From Octopus vulgaris (lineage: Eukaryota), in the NCBI GenBank assembly GCA_951406725.2, contig OX597831.1:78368001-78432000 (forward strand): a DNA stretch of 64,000 nt, written 5' to 3'. Every line of letters begins with the position of its first letter. Positions within the stretch are counted from its first letter, which is position 1. This document shows, in pieces, positions 1 through 14,242 of this stretch. The translations under genes and the position numbers were made by a program. Below the pieces are notes generated by a model. It did no database searches. It had not been told where the DNA came from and was given only the letters and a program-made list of their open reading frames with translations.

Positions 1-62
1 AGAACGAAAGCGCGAGCAACAACGACAGAGACGGAAAAAGAAGGAGATCAATAAAGATAGAC

Positions 63-97
<35 letters not shown>

Positions 98-179
98 GAG
101 AGAGAGAGAGGGAGATGGAGGGAGAGAAAAGTATTTCGACTGGGAACACTATTATGCAGATATGTACGTTAACAAGTAG

Positions 180-551
<372 letters not shown>

Positions 552-779
552 ACACAGATGTATGATAGTCCAAGACTGGAAAAACGAGAGAAAGTGAGAG
601 AGTAGGATTGAGAGAGAAAGGAAAAGGAAGAGAAAGAAAGAAAGACAGAAAGAAAGAAAGAGAACAATAGACAATATTACGAAATGCAAAATTGAAAATT
701 AAATAAGATAGACAAACACATATATAGATACATATATAGAGTAGAGGAAGACAGAAGCAGAAGGAAAGGTCACACACAC

Positions 780-813
<34 letters not shown>

Positions 814-1095
814 GCATACATACATAGAGGCAGAGAGAGGGAGACGGAGAGGGAGAGACAGACAACAAAGCTTGATGAAGTAAAAAAAGAAGACAAGCTG
901 AGAAAAAAGTGGGAAGTTTATAGGCGTGCACTGTCTCACCCACACATAGCAATGGAGTTCAGGTAATTTTCTCACCTGTGTATAGTCGTGTAGGTTTTGG
1001 TGTGTGTGTGTGTGTGTGTATGTGTGTATGAGTGTGTGTACGTGGGCATGTATATATATATATATGCATATATATTATCGCATATATATATATAT

Positions 1096-1144
<49 letters not shown>

Positions 1145-1222
1145 GTATACGATATATACTTGTATATATACTATATATACTTGTATATATATATACACTC
1201 ATTCACTTATGCATATGCATAA

Positions 1223-1262
<40 letters not shown>

Positions 1263-1455
1263 GTATATGCATATATATGTATGTATATCTGTTTGGATAT
1301 ATTTATATATATATACACACATACATACATAAATACATTCATACATATACATACATACATATACATATATCTGTGTATATATGTATGAATGCTCCCTTTG
1401 ATATGTAGATATCCATGTAAACACATATATATATACAAACATATATATGGATATG

Positions 1456-1506
<51 letters not shown>

Positions 1507-1676
1507 TTATACGTATCTATGTGTTCTATTTTTCTGTTTTTTGTCTGTCTTTCTTTTGTCTATTTTTTTCTTAGAATTGTTTAGGGCAATGCTTCACCAG
1601 GCGTCCGTTTATGGTAATTTTACTGTTTTTATTATGGAAGTGGCACATACGGTTGAGTATGAGGCTATTAAGTTAC

Positions 1677-1760
1677 CTTCCTCTGGGTCCTCACTTGAAA
1701 TTCCCTCTCCCCCCACCATAGCCCGGTGGATTTGGACATTGTCTTTCACACCTCTGTGGT
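1677..1760 (-). CDS. Candidate 84-bp internal coding exon (phase 1-1) of an unidentified host gene
   Basis: On the minus strand: acceptor ttttttacag|ACCACAGAGG ... GAGGAAG|gtaact donor. Open frame (D)HRGVKDNVQIHRAMVGGEGISSEDPEE(G). Non-repetitive island; no recognisable homology. Confidence 0.35.
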
Positions 1761-1833
1761 CTGTAAAAAATGTACCTAAATATTCGTCCGTGTGCTTGTG
1801 TATAGAAATATATACGCGCAAACACTCAGGTAC

Positions 1834-1875
<42 letters not shown>

Positions 1876-2045
1876 CTACTTACATCTAAAATGCATGCAT
1901 ATGTGTTCGTATGTTGTGTATGTGAATAATATGTGTGTGTGTTTTTTTATATATGGATATATTACATATTCAAGTTGATATATATATATATATACTTGCA
2001 CTCATACGTACACACGTATTTGCTTACACAACATGCATATGTAAG

Positions 2046-2077
<32 letters not shown>

Positions 2078-2167
2078 TATAGATATATTTTCATATACAT
2101 ATATATGTATGTATATATATACATATATATATATATGTATCTATCTATCTATATATCTATCTCTCTC

Positions 2168-2200
<33 letters not shown>

Positions 2201-2817
2201 ATATCTATCTATCTATATATATATATATATAAATATATATATGGGAATTCAATCTGAAAAGATATTTCAATGAAGACCCTGCAGAGAATAAAATTCAAGT
2301 GCAACAGTTACTAAGCGACATAGTTGAAACATATGTAGGAAAATAGTAAGCTGTATTTAAACTAAAATATAAACTAAAACTCGTGAAATGCTACTTCCTC
2401 ACACCCATTTTTTCCAGGTATTATTACAGGTATTTGTAGGAAGTCCTAAAGTCTTGCATGCGTAGCGGGCTTACTACCTACACCTTACGATACCATGCTA
2501 TTATCCGCGCCTTTCAGCTATCTTATACTTTCCTGATATTTCTGACCGTTCCAAGGAGGCAAACATTTTGTAGCAGTTCTACTGGGCACTCTATTCCAAA
2601 ATCATTTAGATTCCTCTTGACACCTGATATTTTCAGAGAAGGAAATGAAGAAGAAGGAGGGAAAGCAGAAAAAATGTGTTGACATCTTTTCAGCTGGTCA
2701 GTCTTTCAATAGTAAATGATTCTTGGCTTTTAGAAAAGGCAAACCCAGCTGGTGACTCCAAGGGGGACAAAATTTAACTTTTTAAAAAATTGTCTGGATT
2801 TCTGTATATCATTGTCT

Positions 2818-2867
<50 letters not shown>

Positions 2868-2897
2868 TGTGTGCGCGCGCGTGTGTGTGGGTGTCTG

Positions 2898-3148
2898 TGT
2901 ATCTGAAAGAAGTGTGAAGGGAAAAGAGAAGGAAAGGAAGGAAGAGGAGAGAAAGAAGGAAAATATGTGTTGGTATCTTTGCAACTGGTCTGTCTTTCAA
3001 TAATAAATGATTCTTCGCCATTTCTAAAAGCCAAGAATCATTTACTATTGAAAGAACGACCAGTTGCAAAGATGTCAACACATTTTTCTTCTTTCCTTCC
3101 TTCTTCTTCCTTTCCTTCTCTTTTCCATTGACACCTCTTTCAGATACA
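2898..3148. repeat. Imperfect fold-back inverted repeat (arms ~2898-3015 / 3033-3148) with an extra direct copy at ~2638-2745
   Basis: tctttcaataataaatgattctt ... aagaatcatttactattgaaaga are complementary; similarity extends to tgtatctgaaag / ctttcagataca. Confidence 0.85.
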
Positions 3149-3431
3149 AAAGCACACACGCACACACATACGCACACTCTCTCACTTTCTCCCCATTCCT
3201 CACCCTATTGTACTATCTTATATCTCTCTCCACCCCACGCACTCAATAATACTACAAAAAGAGACAAATTCCTGAAAAAGTTCAATCTGACGACTCCACT
3301 ACAGTGGACGCAAGCGCTAATATATGATATAAAAGAACATGTTGCATATTAATAATTATCTGTAAATATAAAACCGTCCCGATTTCTGAGTACCTCATTT
3401 CTTCTCCAGAACTTCTTATATATATATATAA

Positions 3432-3500
<69 letters not shown>

Positions 3501-3502
<2 letters not shown>

Positions 3503-3900
3503 CGCAGGAGTGGCTGTGTGGTAAGTAGCTTGCTAACCAACCACATGATTCCGGGTTCAGTCCCACTGCGTGGCATCTTGGGCAAGTGTCTTCTGCTATA
3601 GCCCCGGGCCGACCAATGCCTTGTGAGTGGATTTGGCAGACGGAAACTGAAAGAAGCCTGTCGTATATATGCATATATATATGTATGTGTGTGTGTGTTT
3701 GTGTGTCTGTGTCTGTCCCCCTAGCGTTGCTTGAAAACCGATGCTGGTGTGTTTGCGTCCCCGTCACTTAGCGGTTCGGCAAAAGAGACCGATAGAATAA
3801 GTACTGGGCATACAAAGAATAAGTCCCGGGGTCGATTTGCTCGACTGAAGGCGGTGCTCCAGCATGGCCGCAGTCAAATGACTGAAACAAGTAAAAGAGT
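3501..3900 (+). mobile_element. Abundant tRNA-derived CORE-type SINE (family A), full length
   Basis: Head ggcgcaggagtggctgtgtggtaag...gggttcagtccc (A/B-box-like), CORE-like cttgggcaagtgtctt, internal (TA/TG)n, tail ...gactgaaacaagtaaaaga. Many copies in this window. Confidence 0.85.
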
Positions 3901-3925
3901 ATATATATATATATATACGAAACTA

Positions 3926-3959
<34 letters not shown>

Positions 3960-4011
3960 TAGTTTCGTCAGTATTATCTTGAATAATGAGAAGTATCATT
4001 AATAATCTTTT

Positions 4012-4500
<489 letters not shown>

Positions 4501-4879
4501 GTCGGGCTACAGCAAATATTCTGCTGAAATGCCCTGATGCAGTACCAGGCAGTGGCTCTCGTGGCTTCTCATCTTAAATGATTAGAAGTGTTATCATGTA
4601 CATTGTTTTGTCTTTGGTATAAAAGATGGCCTACAGCAAATATTCTGCTCAATACCACAGATTTGCTTGTCAGTTGTTTGACCTTAACCAGTTGAGCATG
4701 TCTCTTAGTGGCTGACGATATGTGCATCTCTGTATTTTATCGGCCCCAGAAGGATCAGAAGCAATGTTAAACTTCAGAACACTAAGTCACGTAATTTAAT
4801 TCTCTTAATCATCGCCCAGTCGCTTTAACGATTCTGTTAACAGAAGAGTTTTAGAAAAAACCCCGAAAAACAGTATCTT

Positions 4880-5345
4880 GGGTGGAAATCATTCATGTCT
4901 TTTTTAGAGATCGAACAGGCAACCGTCGATTGTAATACGTTCGATTCTGTTTGTTAGGAAACACTTCATCCATTGCAATAGCTTTCTACAGACTCCTCCA
5001 ATGTTGATCAGTTTGTTTTTTTCTTTTGCATTATGCGACGGTCGTCGACTCTGTCAAAGGTTGTACTGAAGTCAAAATACATGATTTATATGTTGGAACC
5101 CTTTCCCTAAGCATTTAAAATGTCTTTTCATCAACGTGGTGCAGAATCTGTTTTAAGCAGTCTCTACCACAGAAATCCTGCTGGTTTGGATTTAGGAGAT
5201 AGTTGCTTTCTAACAAGTCTGTCACCTCTTTTTCGTCTTTCTTTTCTCTCACCACCCTCACAACTTCTTAAATGATAAGAGAGGAAATAAGATCGGACGG
5301 TAAGCTACTTCAAGGGGCTTAGTTCCTCTCTTTGAAAACTGAGAT
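4880..5345 (-). pseudogene. Highly decayed CR1/Jockey-like LINE reverse transcriptase fragment
   Basis: Minus strand encodes YRPI..., NPNQQDF..RDCL and MYFDFSTTFDRVD (5082-5044), matching the RT motifs YRPISLL / QHGF..GRSC / DFSKAFDRVDH. Confidence 0.6.
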
Positions 5346-5754
5346 GACAGACAGGGGCAGAACATGTACAGGTACATAGAGCCTCTGTCTAGAGATTTCT
5401 CCAGATTAGCAGAGATTAGTAGAGATCAGCAGAGATTAGGTGAGCCAAGTTAATATTAACACTCCTATGAAAGCCATCGAAGTTCACTGGTGAATTGTAT
5501 GTAATCATTGAAATATCTCTCGCTATTGTCCCTCTTATGTTCGGGGTGTCGAATGTTATGTCAGGGGTCATATAATTGAAGCTTGCTGTTTTAATAAACT
5601 GGCAGTGTATCGGTTGCAACGAGAAGAGATTCAGTTGATCCTATGAACAGGACAGCCAGCTTGATAAATTAAAATGCAAGAAGCATAGCACTCCACGGAC
5701 ACACGTATCTTCAACGAAAGTTCTCGTAGACATTCAGCAAGGAAACAGAATATA

Positions 5755-6050
5755 TCAGTGCGTAACTGGTACTTATTTAGTCGATCCCGAAAGGATGAAA
5801 GGCAAAGTCGTTGGAATTTGAACTTAGAACGTAGCGGCAGACGAAATACCTATTTCTTTACTACCCACAATGGTTAAACAGAGAAAGGACAAATAAAGAC
5901 AGACAAATAGATTAAGTCTATTATATCGACCCCGAAAGGATGAAAAGCAAAATCGACCTCGGCGGAATTTGAACTCAGAACATAACGGCAGACGAAATAT
6001 GGCTACGCATTTCGTCCGGCGTGCTAACGATTCTGCCAGCTCACCCCCTT
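5755..6050 (-). mobile_element. SINE family B copy
   Basis: Similar to 10770-11180 and 62790-63190. Confidence 0.8.
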
Positions 6051-6526
6051 TACGTCACCGTACTCCATCGTGTATAAGATGCATCTATGTATAAGTCGCA
6101 TCTTAATGTTTTCAATTAAAATCTAGAATAAAATAGTGCGGTAATTACAGTATATAGGCATGCAAGCATTTAAAAACTCTTACATATACGTGCACACACA
6201 AATATGCATATATAGATACATGTATGGGTGTATTCATTGTTTCTGCTAAATATTAATATAAAATATAGTCCCACTGTGCGGCACCTTGGGCAAGTGTCTT
6301 CTACTATAGCTTCGGGCCGAAAAAAGACTTGTGAGTGGATTTGGTAGGCGGAAACTGAAAGAAGCCCGTCGTATATATACACACACACACATACACCTAC
6401 ACGCACACACACACACACATGTATATATATATATATATAGGTATATATTTTGAAAAGGCTAAGAGGTGTTTTAGAATATATGCATTATTGATCGTTTATG
6501 TGTGTGTATACATATATATATGTATA

Positions 6527-6584
<58 letters not shown>

Positions 6585-6668
6585 AATAAATATATACATA
6601 TATGCATATGCTAAAGTCCTACAACCCTGATCTCTTTCTATTAATCCCTCTGTCCTTCATTTTCACCT

Positions 6669-6747
<79 letters not shown>

Positions 6748-7309
6748 TTCTCTCTCTCTTACAATACATCATCATACATCCTCCTCACACTTTCTGCTCC
6801 TATTCTTTTTTCTCTCTTTCTTTTACTTCCCAGTTTTACGACTCTTTCCTTTATTTGTTTATTTTCTTATATATTTATTTATTTATTCGTTTTCTTTTTT
6901 TTTATTTTCTTCTATTTTTTTTTTCTCGGCCCCTAAAAACACCGAGCTTTTACTTCACCCACTACCTTAGCAAAAACCCCTAAAAAAAATTGCATATAAA
7001 ACAACTTCCAAACTTTAACTACCATATATCTTGCAGACACACAACATTAAAAGGCCACATTTTTCTCGTTTTTCTCTCCGTTTACCTTAAAATTATTTCG
7101 TTTATTATTTTTCTAAAACGTTTTAATCTTTGTTTAAATGTTTGTACAATTTTAGTTTAATTTATGATTCTATTCTTTTTATTATTCTACTGTTACATTT
7201 TAATTATCGATAATTTATGACTGCTTGTCTCCTTTTAAATTCTTTATTATATTAAATCTCAGTGTTTTGTTCTAAGAACTTCAAAAATAGATTTCTTATC
7301 TTTCTATAC

Positions 7310-7375
<66 letters not shown>

Positions 7376-7580
7376 TTATTTTTTTTTTTGTTCTTTTCTT
7401 CCCTTTTACGATCCCTTTTGATCGAAAACCTACGCCACCCCATTTTTTTTTCTTTTTTTCTTTTGTTTTTTGTCTTCTTCATCCCCCAAAAGAAAAGCTC
7501 TACCTTGTAACTTGTCCCATCTGTGTGCAGCCCTGTGTGGCCAATAAAGAAACTTATCTATCTATCTATCTATCTATCTA

Positions 7581-7845
<265 letters not shown>

Positions 7846-8011
7846 ATGGTTATTTCAATCAGGCGAGCTGAGCTCAAATTCCTTCAGAGTCAACTTTACC
7901 TTTCGCCCATCCGAGGTCGATAAATTAAAAAAAAAAAACAGTTCTATATTTAAGAGATGAGGAATTATGTACCTTATTTACATTATTTACATTTGACAGA
8001 TATTTGTTGTT

Positions 8012-8057
8012 AACACAACGTTTCGGCTGATATACCCTCCAGCCTTCATCAAATGTC
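8012..8057 (-). ncRNA. Minimal type I hammerhead ribozyme motif (C3U variant)
   Basis: Minus strand: gacat TTGATGA a ggctg gagggtatat cagcc GAAAC GTT gtgtt. Stem II ggctg/cagcc, loopless stem III, stem I gacat/gtgtt (with GU pairs). Confidence 0.7.
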
Positions 8058-8116
8058 TTGGGGAAATTTCGAACCTAGGTTCTCAATCCTTAGGTATTAT
8101 TATTATTATTATTATT

Positions 8117-8663
8117 GAGTGAGAGAGCATTGCATGCCATCAAAGTGACACTGGGGTAAAATATACGAAGCCCAATATACCCATCATGACTGCCTGTCTG
8201 ATAAGGGTACACCAGGCACATGCATCACAACCATATGTGCGCGATATGGTGATCTCATATCAAGATAAACAGCACATGACCTTGCAGGTGGGGCCCAGTT
8301 AGAATTTTCTTCAGGTTGAGTAGCCCATCCCGCTCAAAAGGTCCCTGAATAAGGGTTGTTTAAGGATGTTGAAAGAACCACCCATGTTTCCAGAGGTGAA
8401 TTATTCAAACCCCAAAGAATCCCTCTCAACACATGGCTATGATGCTCCCCCACTACTTCTGCTCGTGATCAGAGATGCATATATCGTCAGCCACTAAGGG
8501 ACATACTCAACTGGTTAAGGTCAAACAACTGACAAGCAAATCTGTGGTATTGAGCAGAATATTTGCTGTAGCCCATCTTTTATACAAAGACAAAACAATG
8601 TACATGATAACACTTCCAATCAGTTAAGATCAGAAGCCATGAGAGCCACTGCCTGGTACTGCA
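8117..8663 (-). mobile_element. Non-coding (TAA)n-targeted retroposon (family C)
   Basis: Near-identical to 55451-55947 and partly to 4531-4731. Both complete 3' ends read ...ctctctcactc(aat)n, the 5' ends vary, and both copies sit inside (TAA)n. Confidence 0.8.
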
Positions 8664-8684
8664 TTATTATTATTATTATTATTA

Positions 8685-8750
<66 letters not shown>

Positions 8751-8758
<8 letters not shown>

Positions 8759-8820
8759 CCTGCTTGAAATCGAACTCGGAATCTTGGAGTTAGTAGCCCG
8801 CGCTTTTAACCACTACGTCA
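8751..8820 (-). mobile_element. tRNA-derived SINE head, the putative 5' part of the hammerhead-bearing element 7940-8820
   Basis: Minus strand: tgacgtagtggttaaaagcgcgggctactaactccaagattccgagttcgatttcaagcagg, with A box (TGACGTAGTGG) and B box (GAGTTCGATT) at tRNA-like spacing. Confidence 0.7.
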
Positions 8821-8955
8821 AATGTAAATGATGTAAAAAAAAGCAGTCAAATTGTTGGACCGATATAATCCAATATTCCGCAACCGGTGTGCCGCGGCAC
8901 ACTAGTATGCCACGAAACAACGTTATGTGTATCTCAGTGTAACCTAAATGTGATC

Positions 8956-9373
8956 TTTTTACTCTTTTACTCTTTTAGTTTTTTCAGTCATTTGACTGTG
9001 GCCATGCTGGAGCAACACCTTTAGTCGAGCAAATTGACCCCAGGACTTATTCTTTGTAAGCCAAGTACTTATTCTATCAGTCTCTTTTGCCGAGCCGCTA
9101 AGTTACGGGGGCGTAAACACGCCAGCATCTGTTGTCAAGTGATGCTGGGGTGGGACAAACACAGACACACAAACAGATACACACATATGTATACATATAT
9201 ACATATATACGACGGGTTTCTTTCAGTTTCCGTCTACCAAATCCACTCACAAGGCTTTGGTCGCCCGAGGTTATAGTAGAAGACACATGCCTAAGGTACT
9301 ACGCAGTGGGACTGAACCTGGAACCATGTGCATGGTAAGCCAGCTACATAACACACAGCCACTCCAACGCCTA
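8956..9373 (-). mobile_element. SINE family A, full length
   Basis: Reverse complement of 3501-3900. Confidence 0.85.
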
Positions 9374-9872
9374 TAGGACCTAAATATGATCTTTTCCCCA
9401 ATACTTTTACTTATATTTTCAGTTCAGTTGTGCCGACGAATTTTGAAAACAATATAAGTGTACCGCCAGTGAAAAAGGTTTGCGGGGCACTGAAATAATC
9501 GACTATTTCTTTCCCTTCTGTGGGTATTGCCCTTAAAACCAGAAAGAGTTATTTAAATGGGGTCTTTTTTTAAAAATTAATTTTACTGTTTTATTATCTT
9601 TATCTTTGTTACTATTGTAAAATTTTTTCCTCTTTTGTATTTATATTTCAGTACTGAATTTTCACCACTACCTGAGGCCTATCCGCCATTTGACAGCTTT
9701 GGACTGGAGTTTAGATGTACTTATGTGCTGGCCTCGTTTTAGATTAACATGTCTGCGTCTTACCTCGTCTATTTAGAGTCTTTATTGGTCCTTGCAACAA
9801 CTTCCGCCACAAGTATCCGTATCACGTATTTGCGAAAAGAGCTTCGTTACCACACAGACTACGCCTGCATCG

Positions 9873-10231
9873 ATGCATACATACATGCATGCATACATAA
9901 ACACATACATGTGCACATACATACATGCATGCATACATACAGGCTTGTATGCAGGCATACATACATACACACATGCATGCGTACATTCATACGTACATGC
10001 ATGCATGCATGCAGGCATACATACATACACATATGTATGCGCACATACATACATGCACACATACATACATATATGCATACGTACATACATACATACATAC
10101 ATACATACACACACATACATACATACATACATGCATGCATACATACATACATACATATATGCATTCATACATACATACATGCATACATACATACGCACAT
10201 GCATACATACATACATACATATATGCATACA

Positions 10232-10264
<33 letters not shown>

Positions 10265-10445
10265 GCACACATACATAAATACATACGCACATACATATAC
10301 ACATAAATACACATACATACATGCATGCATGCAGGCATACATACACACATGCATACATACACACATGTATGCGCACATACACATATACATACATGCATGC
10401 ATGCACATACATACATGCATACATGCATACAAACATATATTCATA
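9873..10445. repeat. Degenerate (CATA)n/(CATG)n satellite
   Basis: Direct reading. Confidence 0.95.
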
Positions 10446-10769
10446 CGTTCGTACATGCAGAGAAACATATCAAATTAAATAGCCACCATTTTGTTTTTTG
10501 ACAGCTTTACTTCTAAAACCAAAATAATGTCAGTTGATGAATCTAAATACATAACCTCGTATTCAGCTGATAGATATGCCTTGTGTATATCGATCTTCTG
10601 TAAATCCACCCATTTAGGCATCGTTTTATTGAGTAGTGCCAGCACAAGTAAAATGGTAACATGAGGGCTGTCTATTTACTTTTCAGACATTCGTGTATTC
10701 ATCCATTTGCTTTCCTGCGAGTGTGTGCGCTCATGCGTGTATGTATGTTGGTATGTACGTATGTGAGAT

Positions 10770-11180
10770 GTGAGCTGGCAGAAACGTTAGCAAGTCCGGG
10801 CGAAATGCTCAGCGGTATTTCGTCTGCCGTTACGTTCTGAATTCAAATTCCGCCGAGGTCGACTTTGCTTTTCATCCTTTCGGGCTCGATAAATTAAGTA
10901 CCAGTTACGCACTGGGGTCGATGTAATCGACTTAATCCGTTAATCTGTCTTTGTTTGTCCTCTCTGTGTTTAGCCCCTTGTGGGTAGTAAAGAAATAGGT
11001 ATTTCGTCTGCCGTTACGTTCTGAATTCAAATTCCGCCGAGGTCGACTTTGCCTTTCATCCTTTCGGGGTCGATAAATTAAGTACCAGTTACGCACTGGG
11101 GTCGATGTAATCGACTTAATCCGTTAATCTGTCCTTTGTTTGTCCTCTCTGTGTTTAGCCCCTTGTGGGTAGTAAAAAGA
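10770..11180 (+). mobile_element. SINE family B with an internal tandem duplication (~184 bp)
   Basis: ggtatttcgtctgccgttacg...gccccttgtgggtagtaaa occurs twice (from ~10814 and ~10998). Confidence 0.85.
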
Positions 11181-11247
11181 TAGGTATGTACGTATGTGTG
11201 TGCTGATATTTTTGAATAGACAAGTGTATCTCACTTTCTCTACTAGT

Positions 11248-11292
<45 letters not shown>

Positions 11293-11529
11293 CTTTCTCT
11301 CTCTCTTTCTCTCTTTCTCTTTCTTTCTCTCAATTGGTCTTCGTCTTCATTGCTCTTTCTTTTGTTTTTACAATTCAACGTATTAATGTATTCTATTTTA
11401 ATCTATATTTGCACTTGTATTGAGTACTCCATTTTTATTCTTATAAATTCAGTGGATGTGTGGTAAGATGTTTGCTTCCCAATCACATGGTGCCGGGTTC
11501 ATCCCCACTGCGTGGCACCTTGGGCAAGT

Positions 11530-13238
11530 AAGTGTACGAGCTGTGCAGGATTCCCTGTCTGTGTTATTTGTGAGGTTTTTCTTTTACTTTTCCTTCTTGT
11601 ATTTTTCTTTCTTTCTTAATTTTGGTTCATTCTTTTCATTATTTTAATTTCAGTTTCCTTTCCTCCTCTTTTATTTTGTTTTATTTTTATTTGGTTTAAT
11701 TTTTTGGCAGACTGTCTTTTGAACTAATTTTGAACTGTTTTTTGACATGCCAGAGAAGGAACTTAAAACGATAAACTCTGTCTTCTCAAAACAATTTTTA
11801 AAAAATAAACTTAAAGAACATTTGTCCTCTTTAAAATATATATCCCGTGGTGTCAAACATGCAACCGTATGGTTGCTGTTTGACAACGGGGAAAAGGCTC
11901 GCCAGTTTGCGAGTCAGCCTTTAGAAGGCAAGGAAATTCTGTTCTTTCCGTCATATTGCGGGAGGAAATTAATAAGAGCCTGGGTATGGGGGTTGCCCCC
12001 AGGCACCGAAGCGGATTGGATTGAAGATACCATCTGACGGGGACTGAGGTATGGCGGGCCCAGGCTCTTAAATGTACAGGTATTGCCGGCGGTCGATTGG
12101 GAAGGGTCAAAAGCGATTTTGACACTGTGGACCCCATCGGCCACAACAGATCTGGTTTTTTCCAAATTTCTTGAAAATGGCTGGCTGCAGGTATCCGGTG
12201 ATACTTGAGGGACGTCCCCCCAAGTGTCACTCGTGCCTGCAGCCAGGCCACATTAAAAGGAACTGCCCCCAGGAACATGGCAACGTCCTGGAACAGTCAT
12301 TAGATGCCACCTCCCCCACTCGGTCAAAGGGAGAGTGGATGTGGTCGAGGAGGCTTCGGCCTCCTCAACTCAAAAAGGATTAAAAAGGAAGAAGGCGGGC
12401 AACAATAGTTGCCTGCCGAAGGAACCTAAGGCTTCGGGAGGCGAGGGAGAGTCTCCGGACAAAGCGGAAGAGCTCTACTCTCCCGAAGTCAGGAAGAAAA
12501 GAAAAAAAGGAAGAAGAACGGTTCATCTCAGCGGGGAGATGATGTGCCGTCTGCATGTCCCGAAGTTGTGCCACCCACGGTGGAAGAAACCACACCCACC
12601 CTTAAAGATGATCAATTAATTATCTTTTTCTATAAGGGCGGAGAGGTGGACAAAATAGTAGAAGAACATAAAGAGACAGTAGATATGCCCTTCACACGGG
12701 ATCCCGAATGGCCTCCGCAGATAGCTGTGGAGGTCATAAGGTTTCCCTTGTGGGAAGGCTTAAAGGATTTGGGGGAGGAGTGTCGCATATGGCCGGGTGG
12801 CCCTTACACAACTTACATGTCCTACATGAGTGAGGCATGGGAAATGGCGGGATACAGGAACTCAAGCGGCATTGAAGATAATGATGAATATATATTTGGA
12901 TATATCGAAGAGTAGGAGGTGAAAGACCCTCATTATAGGGTTTGAAACCTCATCTTATTGTATTATTTGTAGTGGTTTATAACCTCAATTGTGTGTTTTT
13001 TTAAAAAAACATGTTAAGTAAGAGGTTTTAGTGCCTCCTTCTTGTAAGAGATTTGAAACCTCATTTTCATTTTTTCAAAAAAGAAAACATGTTTTCGAGA
13101 AAAATCCAATGGGCGGGTGTTGGGTTTCGTCTCTCATTTATTCATTCTATTTCATTTTCATTCATTAATATCTTTGTACATCCCGCAAAGCGACACACTC
13201 TTCGTACTGTCTATGATGGCAAATTTTGTGGAATAAAG
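11530..13238 (+). mobile_element. L1/Tx1-type ORF1-only element (gag-like with CCHC knuckle), disrupted, between two family A SINE fragments
   Basis: ORF pieces 11747-12037 (V.GLPP), 12171-12383 (YPVILEGRPPKCHSCLQPGHIKRNC), then basic/acidic segments to 12915. Has a stop and frameshifts, no ORF2, and ends at ...gtggaataaa. Confidence 0.7.
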
Positions 13239-13350
13239 TAGCTTGATTACCAACCATATGGTTCCTTGGGCAAGTGTCTTCTACTATAGACTCGGGCCAA
13301 CCAAAGCCTTGTGAGTGGATTTGGTAGACGGAAACTGAAAGAAGCGCGTC

Positions 13351-13385
<35 letters not shown>

Positions 13386-13801
13386 TGTCTATATATAAAA
13401 CTGAAATGCGTTTTTACCGCTTGGTTCGCTTTCAATGCCACTACATCCCGTCCGATTCGATCCAAAATTTACAGGAACATGTAGAATGAGGTGACGATGC
13501 GCGTGGGCTACCTTAGAAATCCATATCTTAAAAGCTGTGGTTGCTAGGGGCCATCTTCCTACCTCACCCTATTTCCTCCAGTACTCTGTCACTCCTCTTC
13601 ATTGACAATGCAACTACCGTCATTTAATGTAAAGTCTTCCTCAAATCACTCTGTAGCTATTTACTCTCTTCCAAGAACATTTTCACTCACTCTATCTCTT
13701 ACCTTCCTATACATTTTACTCATGTATCTCTCAGCGTTCATGGACAGTAACAAATATTACTCGCCATCCCCATCGCCATCGCATTCTATTGTCTACCTGT
13801 C

Positions 13802-13850
<49 letters not shown>

Positions 13851-13955
13851 TCATATATCTAATATTATATTTTTATTTTTATGTTTTTGTTTTTGGTTTT
13901 TTACTGTTTCATTTCCCTATTAGTGGTTTTATCTCTAATTTAATTTCTACAGCGT

Positions 13956-13996
<41 letters not shown>

Positions 13997-14242
13997 TATG
14001 TAGCCCCAGTACACCCGAATGAAATCGGGTTCTCTTCATCAAAATGTGAAAAGGGGTCTACAATTATCATCGCCACAACTTATGTATGTCTTCCTCACTC
14101 ACTCACTCTTTTTCCTAATGATAATTATCATCGCCCCCACCAACACCACCAACACACAATCTGGACAATCTTTCTCTTATAACAAATCATGTTTACATTG
14201 CAACGACGTCTGCCACCTCCGCCGTCTCTATTTATTCTGCAA

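Noticed and set aside
2262-2348. TGAAGA ... GAAAC atat GTA ggaaaa
   Set aside because: A palindromic stem III is present, but core C3 is lost and stems I/II do not pair; too degenerate to call.
8751-8820. Functional tRNA gene (also the heads at ~33246, 35632, 35982 and 49414)
   Set aside because: The acceptor stems do not pair and the heads continue into repeat bodies, so they are SINE heads rather than tRNAs.
9764-9864. Exon-like island with minus-strand AG/GT sites
   Set aside because: All three frames contain stops between the sites.
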